The notes: generated from the sequence alone by a model not told the origin. A stretch of DNA of 61,733 nt from Syntrophorhabdaceae bacterium (GCA_009783195.1 WRHP01000004.1:1-61733), one strand, 5' to 3'. Counted from the first letter of the stretch, positions 7,974 through 17,813 are shown. Numbers and translations: made by a program.

Positions 7974-9317
7974 ATGAATATATCGATCGTGGGAACGGGT
8001 TACGTGGGGCTGGTTTCCGGCGTGTGTCTTGCCGAGCGGGGAAACAGGGTGGTTTGCATTGACGCGAATCCCGCGATTGTCGAGAAGCTGACGGGCGGCG
8101 AGGTTACCATCTACGAACCGGGCCTTGAGGAAATTTATTCGAGAAACCACAGGAAAGGGCGCGTTTCCTTCTCTGGCGATCTCGAAGAAGCGGCAAAGGC
8201 GGACATTATCTTCTTGTGCCTTCCGACTCCTCCCGGAGAGGATGGGTCCGCGGATCTGAAATACGTGCTTAAAGTGGCCGGTGATCTGGGAAAGATCTTT
8301 GGCCGGCAGCGGAATCCGGGCTACAAGGTGATCGTGAACAAGTCAACTGTCCCGGTGGGAACCAGCGAGAAGGTAAGGGCGGAGATTCGCACATACTGCG
8401 GCAGCTCGTTTGAATATGATGTCGTGTCTAACCCGGAATTTTTGCGGGAAGGGTTCGCGGTGGAAGATTTCTTGAGGCCGGAGCGTGTGGTGATAGGTTC
8501 CGGCAGCGAGCGCGCCATCGCTATATTGAAGGATCTCTACGAGCCGTTTCTTCAGCCGGGCAGCTCTATATTTGTGATGGATGAGAAGAGTTCCGAGGTG
8601 ACCAAGTACGCGGCAAACGCGTTCCTGGCGCTGAAGATCTCCTATATGAACGACCTGGCCAACTTCTGCGACGCCGTGGGGGCGGACATAGACAAGATCC
8701 GCGAGGGGATCGGCTCCGATTCACGCATCGGCAAGAAGTTTCTCTTTCCAGGGTTGGGATACGGCGGCTCCTGCCTGCCCAAAGACGTAAAGGCGCTGCT
8801 CAAGACCGCCGAGGATGCGGGTTATCCGCTAACGGTGCTGCGGGCGGTGGAGGAGATAAACCAGGGGATGCGGAAGCGGTTTTTCGAGAGAATCTCGAAA
8901 TTTTTCGGCGGTGTGTTCTCGGGGAAAAAGATAGCGATATGGGGGATAGCTTTCAAGCCTAATACCGACGATACGAGAGAAGCGCCGGCCTTTTACATTA
9001 TTGATGAGCTGCTGAGTGCCGGGGCGAAGATTTCCGTGTTCGACCCCGAGGCGATGGAGGGAGCTTTTAATAGGTACGGCGACCGTATCCTGTATGCGGA
9101 ATCCTCTTACGGCGCGTTACAGGAGGCCGACGCGCTGGTAATCGCCACAGAGTGGAGCGAGTTCCGCAAACCGGATTTCGGGCTGATCAAGAACCTGATG
9201 CGGCAACCTGTCCTGTTTGATGGGCGCAATATATACGACCCGAAGAGAATGAAGGAGTTCGGCATAGTCTACCATTCCATTGGACGCGGCGAGTTGGTGA
9301 CGGAGCCAGTTTCCTGA
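7974..9317 (+). CDS. ugd: UDP-glucose 6-dehydrogenase
   Basis: MNISIVGTGYVGLVSGVCLAE Rossmann start and the catalytic GGSCLPKDV motif. 447 aa. Confidence 0.9.
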   Translation: MNISIVGTGYVGLVSGVCLAERGNRVVCIDANPAIVEKLTGGEVTIYEPGLEEIYSRNHRKGRVSFSGDLEEAAKADIIFLCLPTPPGEDGSADLKYVLKVAGDLGKIFGRQRNPGYKVIVNKSTVPVGTSEKVRAEIRTYCGSSFEYDVVSNPEFLREGFAVEDFLRPERVVIGSGSERAIAILKDLYEPFLQPGSSIFVMDEKSSEVTKYAANAFLALKISYMNDLANFCDAVGADIDKIREGIGSDSRIGKKFLFPGLGYGGSCLPKDVKALLKTAEDAGYPLTVLRAVEEINQGMRKRFFERISKFFGGVFSGKKIAIWGIAFKPNTDDTREAPAFYIIDELLSAGAKISVFDPEAMEGAFNRYGDRILYAESSYGALQEADALVIATEWSEFRKPDFGLIKNLMRQPVLFDGRNIYDPKRMKEFGIVYHSIGRGELVTEPVS

Positions 9318-9362
9318 CCTTGAAAGACGCGCCTGGGGCGCGTTTAAAAGGATTTACAGGGA

Positions 9363-9905
9363 TTAAAATGTTTCCGCTTTGCTGAAGATCGTTCCGGATT
9401 CATCCTTCTTTGCCAGGATCGGATTGCTGTCTATGGGCCATTTGATCGCCAGGTCCGGGTCGTTCCAGAGGATGGTACGCTCGAATTCCGGGTGATAGTA
9501 ATCGGTGGTTTTGTATTGGACTTCGGCGGTATCCGACAGCACGGCAAAACCATGGGCGAACCCTTCGGGTATCCACAGTTGATGCTTGTTTTCCGCCGAC
9601 AGCGTTGTTCCGACCCAATGGCCGAAGGTAGGCGATTCCTTCCGGATATCCACCGCGACATCGTAAATCTCGCCTGCTGTTGCCCGGACCAGTTTGCCCT
9701 GCGGATGCCGTATCTGATAGTGCAGTCCGCGCAAGACGTTTTTGATGGAGCGGGAGTGATTGTCCTGCACAAATATAGTGTGAAGCCCTGTTGCTTTCTC
9801 CCATTTTTTCAGATGGAAGCTTTCGTATAAGAAGCCGCGTTCATCTCCATAAACAGTTGGCTTCACCAGTAGCACATCCGGGATTGCCGTGGGGGTTATT
9901 ATCAT
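9363..9905 (-). CDS. rfbC: dTDP-4-dehydrorhamnose 3,5-epimerase
   Basis: MIITPTAIPDVLLVKPTVYGDERGFLYESF...RGLHYQ is the RmlC signature. I place the start at ATG 9905; the longer ORF to 10241 runs into rfbD and looks spurious. Confidence 0.9.
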   Translation of the reverse strand: MIITPTAIPDVLLVKPTVYGDERGFLYESFHLKKWEKATGLHTIFVQDNHSRSIKNVLRGLHYQIRHPQGKLVRATAGEIYDVAVDIRKESPTFGHWVGTTLSAENKHQLWIPEGFAHGFAVLSDTAEVQYKTTDYYHPEFERTILWNDPDLAIKWPIDSNPILAKKDESGTIFSKAETF

Positions 9906-10089
9906 GGAGTTTCTCCTGTTTTTCGCGCTTGGCCAGCGAGTAAAAATTATCCCTGCATCTGCTTTGCGTTTTGCGGCATGTAACGCGCATAAATAAACAA
10001 CATTAGGCATATTTGCTAAAACAGTGCCATATTTTTCAAGGTTTGTTACGATACTTGAGCATTTTACAGGAACAGGGTAAAGATCCGAA

Positions 10090-10953
10090 ATGAAACGGGT
10101 ATTGATTACAGGAGCGCAGGGTCTTCTTGGCAAGGATATAGCGAAAGTGTTTCGCGGCGCCGGGTTTGATGTGCGGGAAACCGACAGGGAAGAGCTTGAT
10201 GTCACAAATCTGACAGCCTGCCGGGAAGCTGTCTCATCCATGCGTCCTGTAATTGTGATTCATTGCGCCGCCTATACGGCTGTTGACCGCGCGGAGAGCG
10301 AGGAGATGGCCGCGTTCAAGCTAAACGAGGATGGTACGCGCAACATTGCGACAGCCTGTCTGGAGTCCGGCGCGCTTGTGGTAACCTTCGGGACCGACTA
10401 TGTTTTCGACGGGACTTTGGGCCGCCCATACCGGGAAGATGATCCGGTTTGCCCCCTTTCCGTATATGGAAGAAGCAAGCTGGCCGCGGAGGAGGCGCTT
10501 TTGGAGTCGGGTTGTGAACACCTGTTGATTCGCGCGCAGTGGCTTTACGGAACGGGAGGAAAAAATTTCATCGACACGATTCTGGGCAAAGCCGGTAAAG
10601 GCGATACCCTCAAGGTGGCGTCGGACCAGACCGGCTGCCCGACTTTTACGCGAGATCTGGCCGCCGCTGTACTTTTGCTGACAAAAGCGGACGCCAGAGG
10701 GACGGTGCACTTTTCAAACGAAGGGGAGACAAGCTGGTTTGAGCTTGCCCGGTTCGTGATCGGGAAAAACAGGCTTGCCGGGGCGACGCTTCTTCCGGCC
10801 GCGACGCGCGATCTTCCGTATCCGGCGCCGCGCCCCGCGTATTCTGTTCTGGACAAGGGTAAGTACCGTAATATCACAGGTAATTCTCCGAGACCGTGGG
10901 ACGAGGCGGTTCTTGAATTTCTGTCTGTCATTTCCGCCGGGAGGGCAGTCTGA
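10090..10953 (+). CDS. rfbD: dTDP-4-dehydrorhamnose reductase
   Basis: MKRVLITGAQGLLG.., YGRSKLAAE and PTFTRDLA motifs. Confidence 0.9.
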   Translation: MKRVLITGAQGLLGKDIAKVFRGAGFDVRETDREELDVTNLTACREAVSSMRPVIVIHCAAYTAVDRAESEEMAAFKLNEDGTRNIATACLESGALVVTFGTDYVFDGTLGRPYREDDPVCPLSVYGRSKLAAEEALLESGCEHLLIRAQWLYGTGGKNFIDTILGKAGKGDTLKVASDQTGCPTFTRDLAAAVLLLTKADARGTVHFSNEGETSWFELARFVIGKNRLAGATLLPAATRDLPYPAPRPAYSVLDKGKYRNITGNSPRPWDEAVLEFLSVISAGRAV

Positions 10954-11969
10954 TGAAATTACTGGTTACGGGAGCCGCTGGGTTTATCGGCTCGAACTTT
11001 GTTCGTTACGCCATGAAAGTACACCCGGACTGGGAAATTGCCGTGGTGGACAAGCTTACCTACGCGGGAAACCTGGCCAACCTGGAGGATGTCGCCGGAG
11101 GCCCGAAGTGCCGGTTTCACCGCGCCGATATTTGTGACGCCGAGGGCATGGACCGTATTTTCTCTTCGGAACGGCCGGACGCGGTTATCAACTTTGCCGC
11201 CGAGACGCATGTGGATCGCAGCATCGACGATCCTTCGCTGTTCCTGAAGACCAACATTGTAGGCACACAAACGCTGATGGATGCTTCCCGCAAGGCGGGG
11301 GTTGACCGGTATCTGCAGATCTCGACCGACGAGGTGTACGGATCGCTTGGCGCCACGGGATTGTTTACGGAGGAGTCGCCGCTTAAGCCCAACTCGCCAT
11401 ACGCGGCCAGCAAGACATCTGCCGACCTGCTGGCACGGGCTTACTTCAAGACGTATGGCTTCCCGACGCTGGTCACACGCTGTTCCAACAACTATGGACC
11501 GTACCAGTTTCCGGAAAAGCTCATCCCCTTCTTTGTGACTCTGCTCCATGAGGGAAAGCAGGTTCCGGTTTACGGAGACGGGATGAACGTGCGCGACTGG
11601 ATACATGTGGACGATCACTCCCGCGCGGTCGAAGCTGTGTTGTTGCGCGGCAGGCCGGGGGGAATCTATAACATCGGCGGTGGCAATGAGCGCACCAACA
11701 TAGAGATAACGAAATTCCTGATCGAGGCAATGGGAAAGGACGCCTCGGTTATGAAGTTTGTCCCTGATCGCCCCGGACACGACCGCCGTTATGCCATCGA
11801 CGACACACGGATTCGCGCGGAATTGGGCGTTGTCCCGCAGGTTCCGTTCCAGGAAGGGCTTGCGGCAACCGTGCGCTGGTATCTCGACAACGAGTCGTGG
11901 TGGCAAGCCGTCCGTTCGGGCGATTACCTCAATTTTTACGATCGGTGGTATTCGAAAGCGGGGCGGTAA
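10953..11969 (+). CDS. rfbB: dTDP-glucose 4,6-dehydratase
   Basis: LVTGAAGFIGSNF, STDEVYG and YAASKTSADL motifs. TGATG overlap with rfbD. Confidence 0.92.
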   Translation: MKLLVTGAAGFIGSNFVRYAMKVHPDWEIAVVDKLTYAGNLANLEDVAGGPKCRFHRADICDAEGMDRIFSSERPDAVINFAAETHVDRSIDDPSLFLKTNIVGTQTLMDASRKAGVDRYLQISTDEVYGSLGATGLFTEESPLKPNSPYAASKTSADLLARAYFKTYGFPTLVTRCSNNYGPYQFPEKLIPFFVTLLHEGKQVPVYGDGMNVRDWIHVDDHSRAVEAVLLRGRPGGIYNIGGGNERTNIEITKFLIEAMGKDASVMKFVPDRPGHDRRYAIDDTRIRAELGVVPQVPFQEGLAATVRWYLDNESWWQAVRSGDYLNFYDRWYSKAGR

Positions 11970-12053
11970 ATAGTGAATTTTTCTTTGTTTTGTTCCGATA
12001 TAAAAGGATGTTGAAGTCTATACTTTTTTAGTTTTCTTTAAGGGGAGCGACAC

Positions 12054-13376
12054 ATGGCCATGCCCGTAAATACAGGCAAAGATCTTATCTCCCGCATTGA
12101 ATCCAAAAAAATCACCGCTGTTGTCATCGGTCTTGGCTACGTGGGGCTTCCCCTGGCTATGGAATATGTGGGCGCCGGAATCCAGCGGGTTGTCGGCGTC
12201 GACGTCGATGGCTCCAAAGTGCGTTCTCTGAATTCGGGGAAGTCATACATTGACGATGTTTCATCGGAGGTTGTGAAAAAAGCGGTTGACGCGAGAGCGT
12301 TCACGGCCACTACCGATTTCTCCATCATTGCGAAGGCTGATTCGGTCAACATCTGCGTTCCCACGCCGCTTAGAAAAACGAAAGACCCGGACCTCTCCTA
12401 CATAGTCAACGCGATGGAGCGCATGATCAACCACATCCACAAGGGGATGTTGATAGTGCTGGAAAGCACGACATACCCTGGAACGACGCAGGAGATTCTT
12501 GCTCCGATGATCGAAGAAAAAGGATTTAAGGTCGGCAAAGACGTATTCCTTGCCTTTTCTCCAGAGCGGGTGGACCCGGGTAACGAACAGTTCAGCACGA
12601 AAAATATCCCGAAGGTGGTCGGAGGCGTCACCCCGTTATGCGGCAAGGTGGCGGCTGCGCTTTACGGCGGCGTAATGAACCATGTCCACCAGGTATCCAA
12701 CGCGGCCGCGGCCGAGATGGTCAAGCTGTTGGAGAATACGTTCCGTTCGGTGAATATCGGTCTGGTGAACGAGGTCTGCCTTATGGCCAACCGGATGGGT
12801 ATCGATATCTGGGAGGTTATCGAGGCGGCAAAGACCAAACCGTTTGGCTTTATGCCTTTTTATCCCGGTCCCGGTATCGGCGGGCATTGCATTCCGCTTG
12901 ATCCGTTCTACCTTTCCTGGAAGGCGAAGCAGTTTGGCTTCGAGTCACGCTTCATAGAGTTGGCCGGAGTGGTGAATGGGCGGATGCCGCATTACACGGT
13001 GGACCGCGTGGGAGAGGTGCTTAATCGTTTCCGTAAGCCGATCAACGGCTCGAAGGTGCTTATTCTCGGCGTGACTTACAAGAAAAACATAAGTGATGTG
13101 CGCGAGTCGCCCGCTCTCGACATCATCCATCTCTTGGCTCGAATGGGCGCGGTTATATCGTACTGCGACCCGTATGTGACGGAAATAAAGGACAACGGGA
13201 TATCGCTCAAGTCGTCGCCATTTTCCGCCGCCACCATGCGGAAAGCTGATTGCGTCCTGGTTGTGACCGACCATTCCGTGTTCGATTACGAGATGGTCGC
13301 GCGTGAATCGAAAGCGATCGTCGATACCCGCAACGCGTTGAAGAAGTTCAAAAGAAAAAACATCGTCAGGTTGTAA
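12054..13376 (+). CDS. nucleotide-sugar 6-dehydrogenase (UDP-N-acetyl-hexosamine dehydrogenase type, WbpA/TviB/WecC-like)
   Basis: VIGLGYVGLPLA Rossmann motif and catalytic GGHCIPLDP. 440 aa. Confidence 0.85.
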   Translation: MAMPVNTGKDLISRIESKKITAVVIGLGYVGLPLAMEYVGAGIQRVVGVDVDGSKVRSLNSGKSYIDDVSSEVVKKAVDARAFTATTDFSIIAKADSVNICVPTPLRKTKDPDLSYIVNAMERMINHIHKGMLIVLESTTYPGTTQEILAPMIEEKGFKVGKDVFLAFSPERVDPGNEQFSTKNIPKVVGGVTPLCGKVAAALYGGVMNHVHQVSNAAAAEMVKLLENTFRSVNIGLVNEVCLMANRMGIDIWEVIEAAKTKPFGFMPFYPGPGIGGHCIPLDPFYLSWKAKQFGFESRFIELAGVVNGRMPHYTVDRVGEVLNRFRKPINGSKVLILGVTYKKNISDVRESPALDIIHLLARMGAVISYCDPYVTEIKDNGISLKSSPFSAATMRKADCVLVVTDHSVFDYEMVARESKAIVDTRNALKKFKRKNIVRL

Positions 13377-13650
13377 ACGGCAAACCGCGAAAATCGGGGC
13401 GTCCGTAATGGAGCGGGCTTCGCGGGAGCGCCTTCCTTGCGGGAAGGCGTGTCCGAGTATTACTTCGAATGACGGATCTGGGGTAAACGTCCTCCCGGTT
13501 CCGCGGTTTTCCGCGCCGGCATTGGCCAATTTTGAAAGCGTGGACTATAAAGTGTTATCAGAAGTAAAAATATCGTAGGCCGGGACGGGAAATACGGCTT
13601 AATTGTCCTATCCGTGCAGCTATTATTTACAACTGTTCATAGAACGCAAA

Positions 13651-13687
13651 CTGTCCCTCCGGTTCACAAAATGATCCGGAGGGACAG
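13651..13687 (-). terminator. perfect 12-bp hairpin downstream of ald
   Basis: CTGTCCCTCCGG..CCGGAGGGACAG lies 20 nt past the ald stop. The U-run on the minus strand is weak (TTTGCG). Confidence 0.45.
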
Positions 13688-13706
13688 CTTATAACCCGGT
13701 AAAATC

Positions 13707-14813
13707 CTAAAAAATCACTTCTTCGTATGTCAGCCCCTGCGCCTGGGCAACCGGTCTGTTTGTCATCTTGCCTTTATAAACATTGAGTCCCTTGAGAAGC
13801 GCCGGGTTTTCTTTCATGGCGAGCTCCGCGCCTTTGTTCGCTATTTCCAGAGCGAATGGCATGGTTGCGTTTGAGAGCGCGAAAGACGATGTCCTCGGAA
13901 CGGCCCCCGGCATATTTGGCACCGAATAGTGGACAATGCCGTGTTTTACAAAATACGGGTTTTCATGGCTCGTCAACCTGTCGATCGTTTCTACGGAACC
14001 GCCCTGGTCTATTGCAACGTCAACAATGACCGAGCCTTGTTTCATGCTCATTACCATTTTTTCCGGAACAAGTTTCGGCGCTTTGGCTCCCGGTATAAGG
14101 ACGGCGCCGACGATCAAATCAGCTTCCGCGACTGATTGTGAAATATTTTGTTCGTTTGATATCAGCGTTATAACATCCGGTAAAATATCGTGAATATACG
14201 CCAGCCTATCCACCGATATGTCCAGTACCGTTACCTTCGCGCCAAGCCCGCTTGCCATCTTTGCGGCGTTCAGGCCCACGACTCCGCCGCCGATTATGGT
14301 AACGTATCCGGGTGCGACTCCCGGAACGCCGCCCAGCAGTATCCCGCTTCCTTGATTTATTTTTTGCAAAAGGTACGCGCCGATCTGTATCGACATACGC
14401 CCCGCGATCGCGCTCATCGGCGCCAGTAGCGGAAGCGAGTTGTCCTGAAGCTGGACTGTTTCGTAAGCAATGCCTATTACTTTGGCGTCTATCAGCGCTT
14501 TTGTTTGAACCGGGTCGGAAGCGAGATGCAGATATGTAAAAAGTATTTGGCCTTCGCGTAACAGTGGATACTCGGGTTCTAACGGCTCTTTAACTTTAAT
14601 TATCATATCGGAGATACGATAGATTTCTTTTGCCGTTTCGATGATTTCCGCTCCGGCTCTGATGTATTCATCGTCTGTGAATCCACTGCCCTTGCCGGCA
14701 TTTTTTTCGATATATACCTTATGTCCGGCTTCAACGAGGCTTATTACTCCCGACGGCAGCGTAGACACCCTGTTTTCATTTTCTTTTATTTCTTTCGGCA
14801 CTCCTACGATCAT
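13707..14813 (-). CDS. ald: alanine dehydrogenase
   Basis: [17 protein letters not shown].. start and the GGGVVG NAD-binding motif. 368 aa. Confidence 0.92.
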   Translation of the reverse strand: MIVGVPKEIKENENRVSTLPSGVISLVEAGHKVYIEKNAGKGSGFTDDEYIRAGAEIIETAKEIYRISDMIIKVKEPLEPEYPLLREGQILFTYLHLASDPVQTKALIDAKVIGIAYETVQLQDNSLPLLAPMSAIAGRMSIQIGAYLLQKINQGSGILLGGVPGVAPGYVTIIGGGVVGLNAAKMASGLGAKVTVLDISVDRLAYIHDILPDVITLISNEQNISQSVAEADLIVGAVLIPGAKAPKLVPEKMVMSMKQGSVIVDVAIDQGGSVETIDRLTSHENPYFVKHGIVHYSVPNMPGAVPRTSSFALSNATMPFALEIANKGAELAMKENPALLKGLNVYKGKMTNRPVAQAQGLTYEEVIF

Positions 14814-15089
14814 CTCAAGTCCTCCTTACGCGGATAGAGTCCGTCAGCGCAGCCGGCGGCGTGGCGGTATTTGGCTTTGAATTTGGAAACGGCAGGGCAA
14901 GGGCGGATAGTTCGGTAGCTTTTTTAGGCATAGTAATGAGTTTTCATGTGCCGCAGGGATTACCTTTTATTGAACGTATATAGACAAGTGTAATGCGCTA
15001 ACATATTGAAAACAAGGAAAATAATGAGCGCAAAGGCATCCGGCAATAGATAGCGCTTACAAGCGAGATGCCCGCGGTGCTGTTTCCCG

Positions 15090-15998
15090 CTACGAGGTTT
15101 TCCGCGCCGTTACGAGGAAGGCGGAGTGTGAAAACATCCACTGTACCGGGCGGACGGACATGCCTTTCACGTGCCAGGGGCGCTGAATCACCTCGAATGT
15201 CTCCGGATCTGAAAATCCGCCTTCGTCGGCCAAACGGTCGCACAACTGCTTTACCTGGATAGTCGAAGGAAGATACGACAGCAGGATACCTCCTGGCAGG
15301 AGCGCTTCACGCGCATGTGATACCGCCTGCCACGGCTCCGGCAGGTCGAACACGATACGGTCAACCCCGCGTTCTTCGATCCCCTGGTAGACGTCCCGCA
15401 CTTTTACCTCGTGATTTGGGGTTTCTCCAAGGTATCGCCGCGCGGTTTTCGCGCCGCTTTGCGCAAAGTCTTCCCGAATTTCGTATGAGATCACACGTCC
15501 TGTCGGCCCTACGGCTTCCAGCAGCTTGATAGTCAGCGCGCCCCAGCCGATTCCCGCCTCGATCACGGTCGCTCCGGGGAAAATGTCCGCCCACATCAGG
15601 ATCGCCGCCGTGTCTTTTGGGTAGATGATCTGGGCGTGCCGTTTCTGGTTCATGATGAACTGGATGTAAGTGGGCCGGAAGGCGCGGTATTCGTCGCCCA
15701 TCGCGGTCCAGGCGCGGCAGCCGTCTTCTTTGCCGATCAGGTCGTCGTGCAGGAGATTCCCTTTATGAGTGCCAAACACTTTTCCCGGCACCAGGGTGAT
15801 CAGCCGCTCTTCCCGCTTTGGAGAGATCAGGAGTATGTCTTCCCCGGCTGCTAACGGTCCTCTCCGTACGCGGCTGCCGCTCGCCTGAGCGCTTTCCTGC
15901 GCGCTGGGCGCGGTTATTTCGCCGCCGCCGGGATCGAAGGGGTTGTTTTCATCGCGTTCGGCTTCAAAGCCGCCGCGGTCGCTATCGTCACCGATCAT
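15090..15998 (-). CDS. trmI: tRNA (adenine58-N1)-methyltransferase TrmI/GCD14 family, with an acidic N-terminal extension of about 45 aa
   Basis: GEDILLIS..HDDLIG..QIIYPKD..VIEAGIGWGALT..FDLPEPW. ATGA start/stop overlap with ttuA. Confidence 0.8.
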   Translation of the reverse strand: MIGDDSDRGGFEAERDENNPFDPGGGEITAPSAQESAQASGSRVRRGPLAAGEDILLISPKREERLITLVPGKVFGTHKGNLLHDDLIGKEDGCRAWTAMGDEYRAFRPTYIQFIMNQKRHAQIIYPKDTAAILMWADIFPGATVIEAGIGWGALTIKLLEAVGPTGRVISYEIREDFAQSGAKTARRYLGETPNHEVKVRDVYQGIEERGVDRIVFDLPEPWQAVSHAREALLPGGILLSYLPSTIQVKQLCDRLADEGGFSDPETFEVIQRPWHVKGMSVRPVQWMFSHSAFLVTARKTS

Positions 15999-17011
15999 CC
16001 ATTAGTCTCCTTGGCGCGCTTTTCCCGGCGTTTCCGTACCAACTCCTTCAACCGGCAATAGGCGCAAGTTTCGGCATAGGTCAAAGCGCCGCACGACGCG
16101 CAGGAGCGCGCTGCTCCTTTTGTTCCGTTTTCCGGATCGTCGCTTGTGTATTCCACGCCATCGTCTGCAAGCGTGCCTGCCGGCGCGGATGCCGCGTCCG
16201 TTGCCTTCCACTCTGATGTCCGCAGCGGGTTCGCTTTGTCGAGAAAGCCCTGGTAAAAGACAATTCGCGATCCCGGCATCCGCTCTTCGATCAGCGACAG
16301 CACTTCTTTGTACACCAGGGAGGTCGCGCGTTCGCTCATTGGGCACTCTTCAATCACGTAGTCTATCTCTTTCAGGAAGCCGTAGGCGGCGGTCTCAAGC
16401 TCGGATACGCGCCACAGCGGTTTTACCTTTTTCACCAGCCCTTCCGCCGACGCGGGGAGATGCGGGTGCTGCCTTGCAAGGTGTTCCCGCTGCCAGTGGA
16501 AGATGTTCCCCAAAAGCCGCGCCGATTCGTCGTCCAGGTTGTGGCCGGTCGCCACGGCGTTGAAGCGCCCCTCCTTTGCGATCCGGTTGAAAAAGTACCG
16601 TTTTACGGTTCCGCAAATGGAACATTCCTGCATCCGGACGCAACGTGCCGCCTCCGGGATCGGGATACCTTCTTTTGTCAGTTCAACGATGATAGGCTGC
16701 TTTCCTCGTGCCTCGGCGTAAGCGATCACCTTTTCTCTGGAGCGATCCGAGTACCCTTCGATTCCCAGGTCGATGTAAAGCCCTTCCGTCTCGTAGCCCA
16801 TATCCATGAGGACATCCCACAGCACCAGGCTGTCTTTGCCGCCGGAGACGCATACCAGTACGCGGTCGCCCGGCGACAGGAGACGGTGTTTTTTTATCCC
16901 CTCCCGGACCTGTTTTTTGAAAAAGACAAAGAAACACTCCGGGCAGAAAGCGGCATGGTGGCTTGGCAGCTCGATAGCGGCCGCGGCCTTACGGCAGCGC
17001 CTGCACTTCAT
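15995..17011 (-). CDS. ttuA: TtuA/Ncs6-family tRNA 2-thiolation protein (tRNA-5-methyluridine54 2-sulfurtransferase-like)
   Basis: N-terminal CxxC..CxxC zinc finger (CRRC..CPEC), PP-loop SGGKDS, central CSICG, and a C-terminal CASCG..CAYC zinc finger. Confidence 0.8.
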   Translation of the reverse strand: MKCRRCRKAAAAIELPSHHAAFCPECFFVFFKKQVREGIKKHRLLSPGDRVLVCVSGGKDSLVLWDVLMDMGYETEGLYIDLGIEGYSDRSREKVIAYAEARGKQPIIVELTKEGIPIPEAARCVRMQECSICGTVKRYFFNRIAKEGRFNAVATGHNLDDESARLLGNIFHWQREHLARQHPHLPASAEGLVKKVKPLWRVSELETAAYGFLKEIDYVIEECPMSERATSLVYKEVLSLIEERMPGSRIVFYQGFLDKANPLRTSEWKATDAASAPAGTLADDGVEYTSDDPENGTKGAARSCASCGALTYAETCAYCRLKELVRKRREKRAKETNG

Positions 17012-17018
17012 GAGAGGA

Positions 17019-17216
17019 TCAGCCTCCGGATACGACGGAGATGATATTGACCGTCTCGCCGTCCTCCACCCTGTGGTCCTTGGTGAGGAGTTTTTTTTCC
17101 TGCGTGACGATCACGGTGGAAGGGCGCATCCCCGTCTCGGCGATCAGATCCATTACCCGCTTCGGTCCGGGGATCTCGATTTCTTTCTTTTTCTGGGGCA
17201 TACATACGCGGATCAT
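17019..17216 (-). CDS. ttuB: ThiS/MoaD-fold ubiquitin-like sulfur carrier (TtuB-like), ends in Gly-Gly
   Basis: 65 aa, MIRV...VEDGETVNIISVVSGG then stop, 7 nt upstream of ttuA. The start is uncertain: ATG at 17216 or 17201. The 98-aa version adds an Arg-rich head that I distrust. Confidence 0.65.
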   Translation of the reverse strand: MIRVCMPQKKKEIEIPGPKRVMDLIAETGMRPSTVIVTQEKKLLTKDHRVEDGETVNIISVVSGG

Positions 17217-17688
17217 TTCGGCATTATACAGGATTCCCTCCCGCTGGTTACCATGGGCGGCTTCTTTCGCTCGCGACACTCTCCTCTGGGCACGTTTGCG
17301 TACCATCCTTGGCACGCTGCACTGCCCTGTTTCTTGGCGAAGCCGTCCTTGGCTACGCTGCGAAACAGAAGGCGTCTCCTGCCGGAGAGGTCACTTACTC
17401 AAGCAAGCCGCCCATGTAAAAAAACACATCACTCACAGCGGACATCGCAGGGAGGCTTCTCCTTTGGGTACGCTTGCTCGCCATCCCTGACTTCCTGCGA
17501 CTGCATACTCCTTAGCTCTCGGCTTCCCTGCCTCCGCTTCGGAGTCTATGCCCCTGGAAGGCAGAGGCGCTACGCGATAACGCTCGCCTGCCGCCTTTGA
17601 TTATCCGCCGTACTACACGGCCATCACAGGAGAGGTTTCTCACTCAGCGCCGCTCATGCGTACGTTCACAGCCAAATTCGGATAGCGG
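17217..17688 (-). other. long non-coding leader upstream of ttuB (region A), probably a structured RNA or regulatory region of unknown class
   Basis: About 470 nt without a credible ORF. A perfect 12-bp inverted repeat (17252-17263 / 17405-17416) encloses 141 nt. It shares several 13-16 nt motifs with 19141-19549. Confidence 0.35.
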
Positions 17689-17729
17689 AAAAAACAAGGC
17701 GCGGAAGGTGTGAACCCCCCGCGCCTTGT
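17689..17729 (-). terminator. intrinsic terminator of the GLUG lipoprotein gene
   Basis: 10-bp stem ACAAGGCGCG/CGCGCCTTGT followed on the minus strand by a T-run (17689-17693). Confidence 0.8.
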
Positions 17730-17813
17730 TCCTTATAGAAGCGCATTGATCTCCGGTCTTTTTATACCGTATCGGGCTTTTCGCGTTTTTTCTTGAGACC
17801 CCTTTCGGAAAAG

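Noticed and set aside
9906-10241. N-terminal 112-codon extension of the rfbC ORF (292-aa version).
   Set aside because: RmlC homologues start at MIITPTAIPD.., and the extension overlaps the divergent rfbD coding region and is low-complexity. The start was moved to 9905.
10959-11906. 315-aa ORF antisense to rfbB.
   Set aside because: The plus strand encodes an unmistakable dTDP-glucose 4,6-dehydratase. The antisense frame is Arg/Pro/Gly-rich with no motifs, as expected for a GC-rich shadow ORF.
9363-11969. Missing rfbA in the dTDP-rhamnose set.
   Set aside because: Only rfbC, rfbD and rfbB are in the window. The thymidylyltransferase may simply be encoded elsewhere, so no conclusion is possible from one window.
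17309-17325. Sigma-54-like TGGCACGCTGCACTGC.
   Set aside because: The -12 element is imperfect, and it lies on the plus strand pointing into the antisense of the lipoprotein gene with no gene to drive.
17217-17688. Region A as RNase P RNA, tmRNA, or a TPP, Moco, cobalamin, glycine or fluoride riboswitch.
   Set aside because: I looked on both strands for the GGAAAGTCCGGGC P4 core of RNase P, the tmRNA 3' tRNA-like end, the TPP CTGAGA...ACCTGATCTGGATAATGCCAGCG core, the B12 box and the glycine/fluoride cores, and found none. A ThiS/MoaD-like gene downstream makes TPP or Moco elements tempting (strings such as GCTGAGTGAGAAACC and CCGAG...AAAGGAG are present). However, I cannot reproduce either consensus from memory well enough, so no class is assigned. 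Only a cmscan run can settle this.
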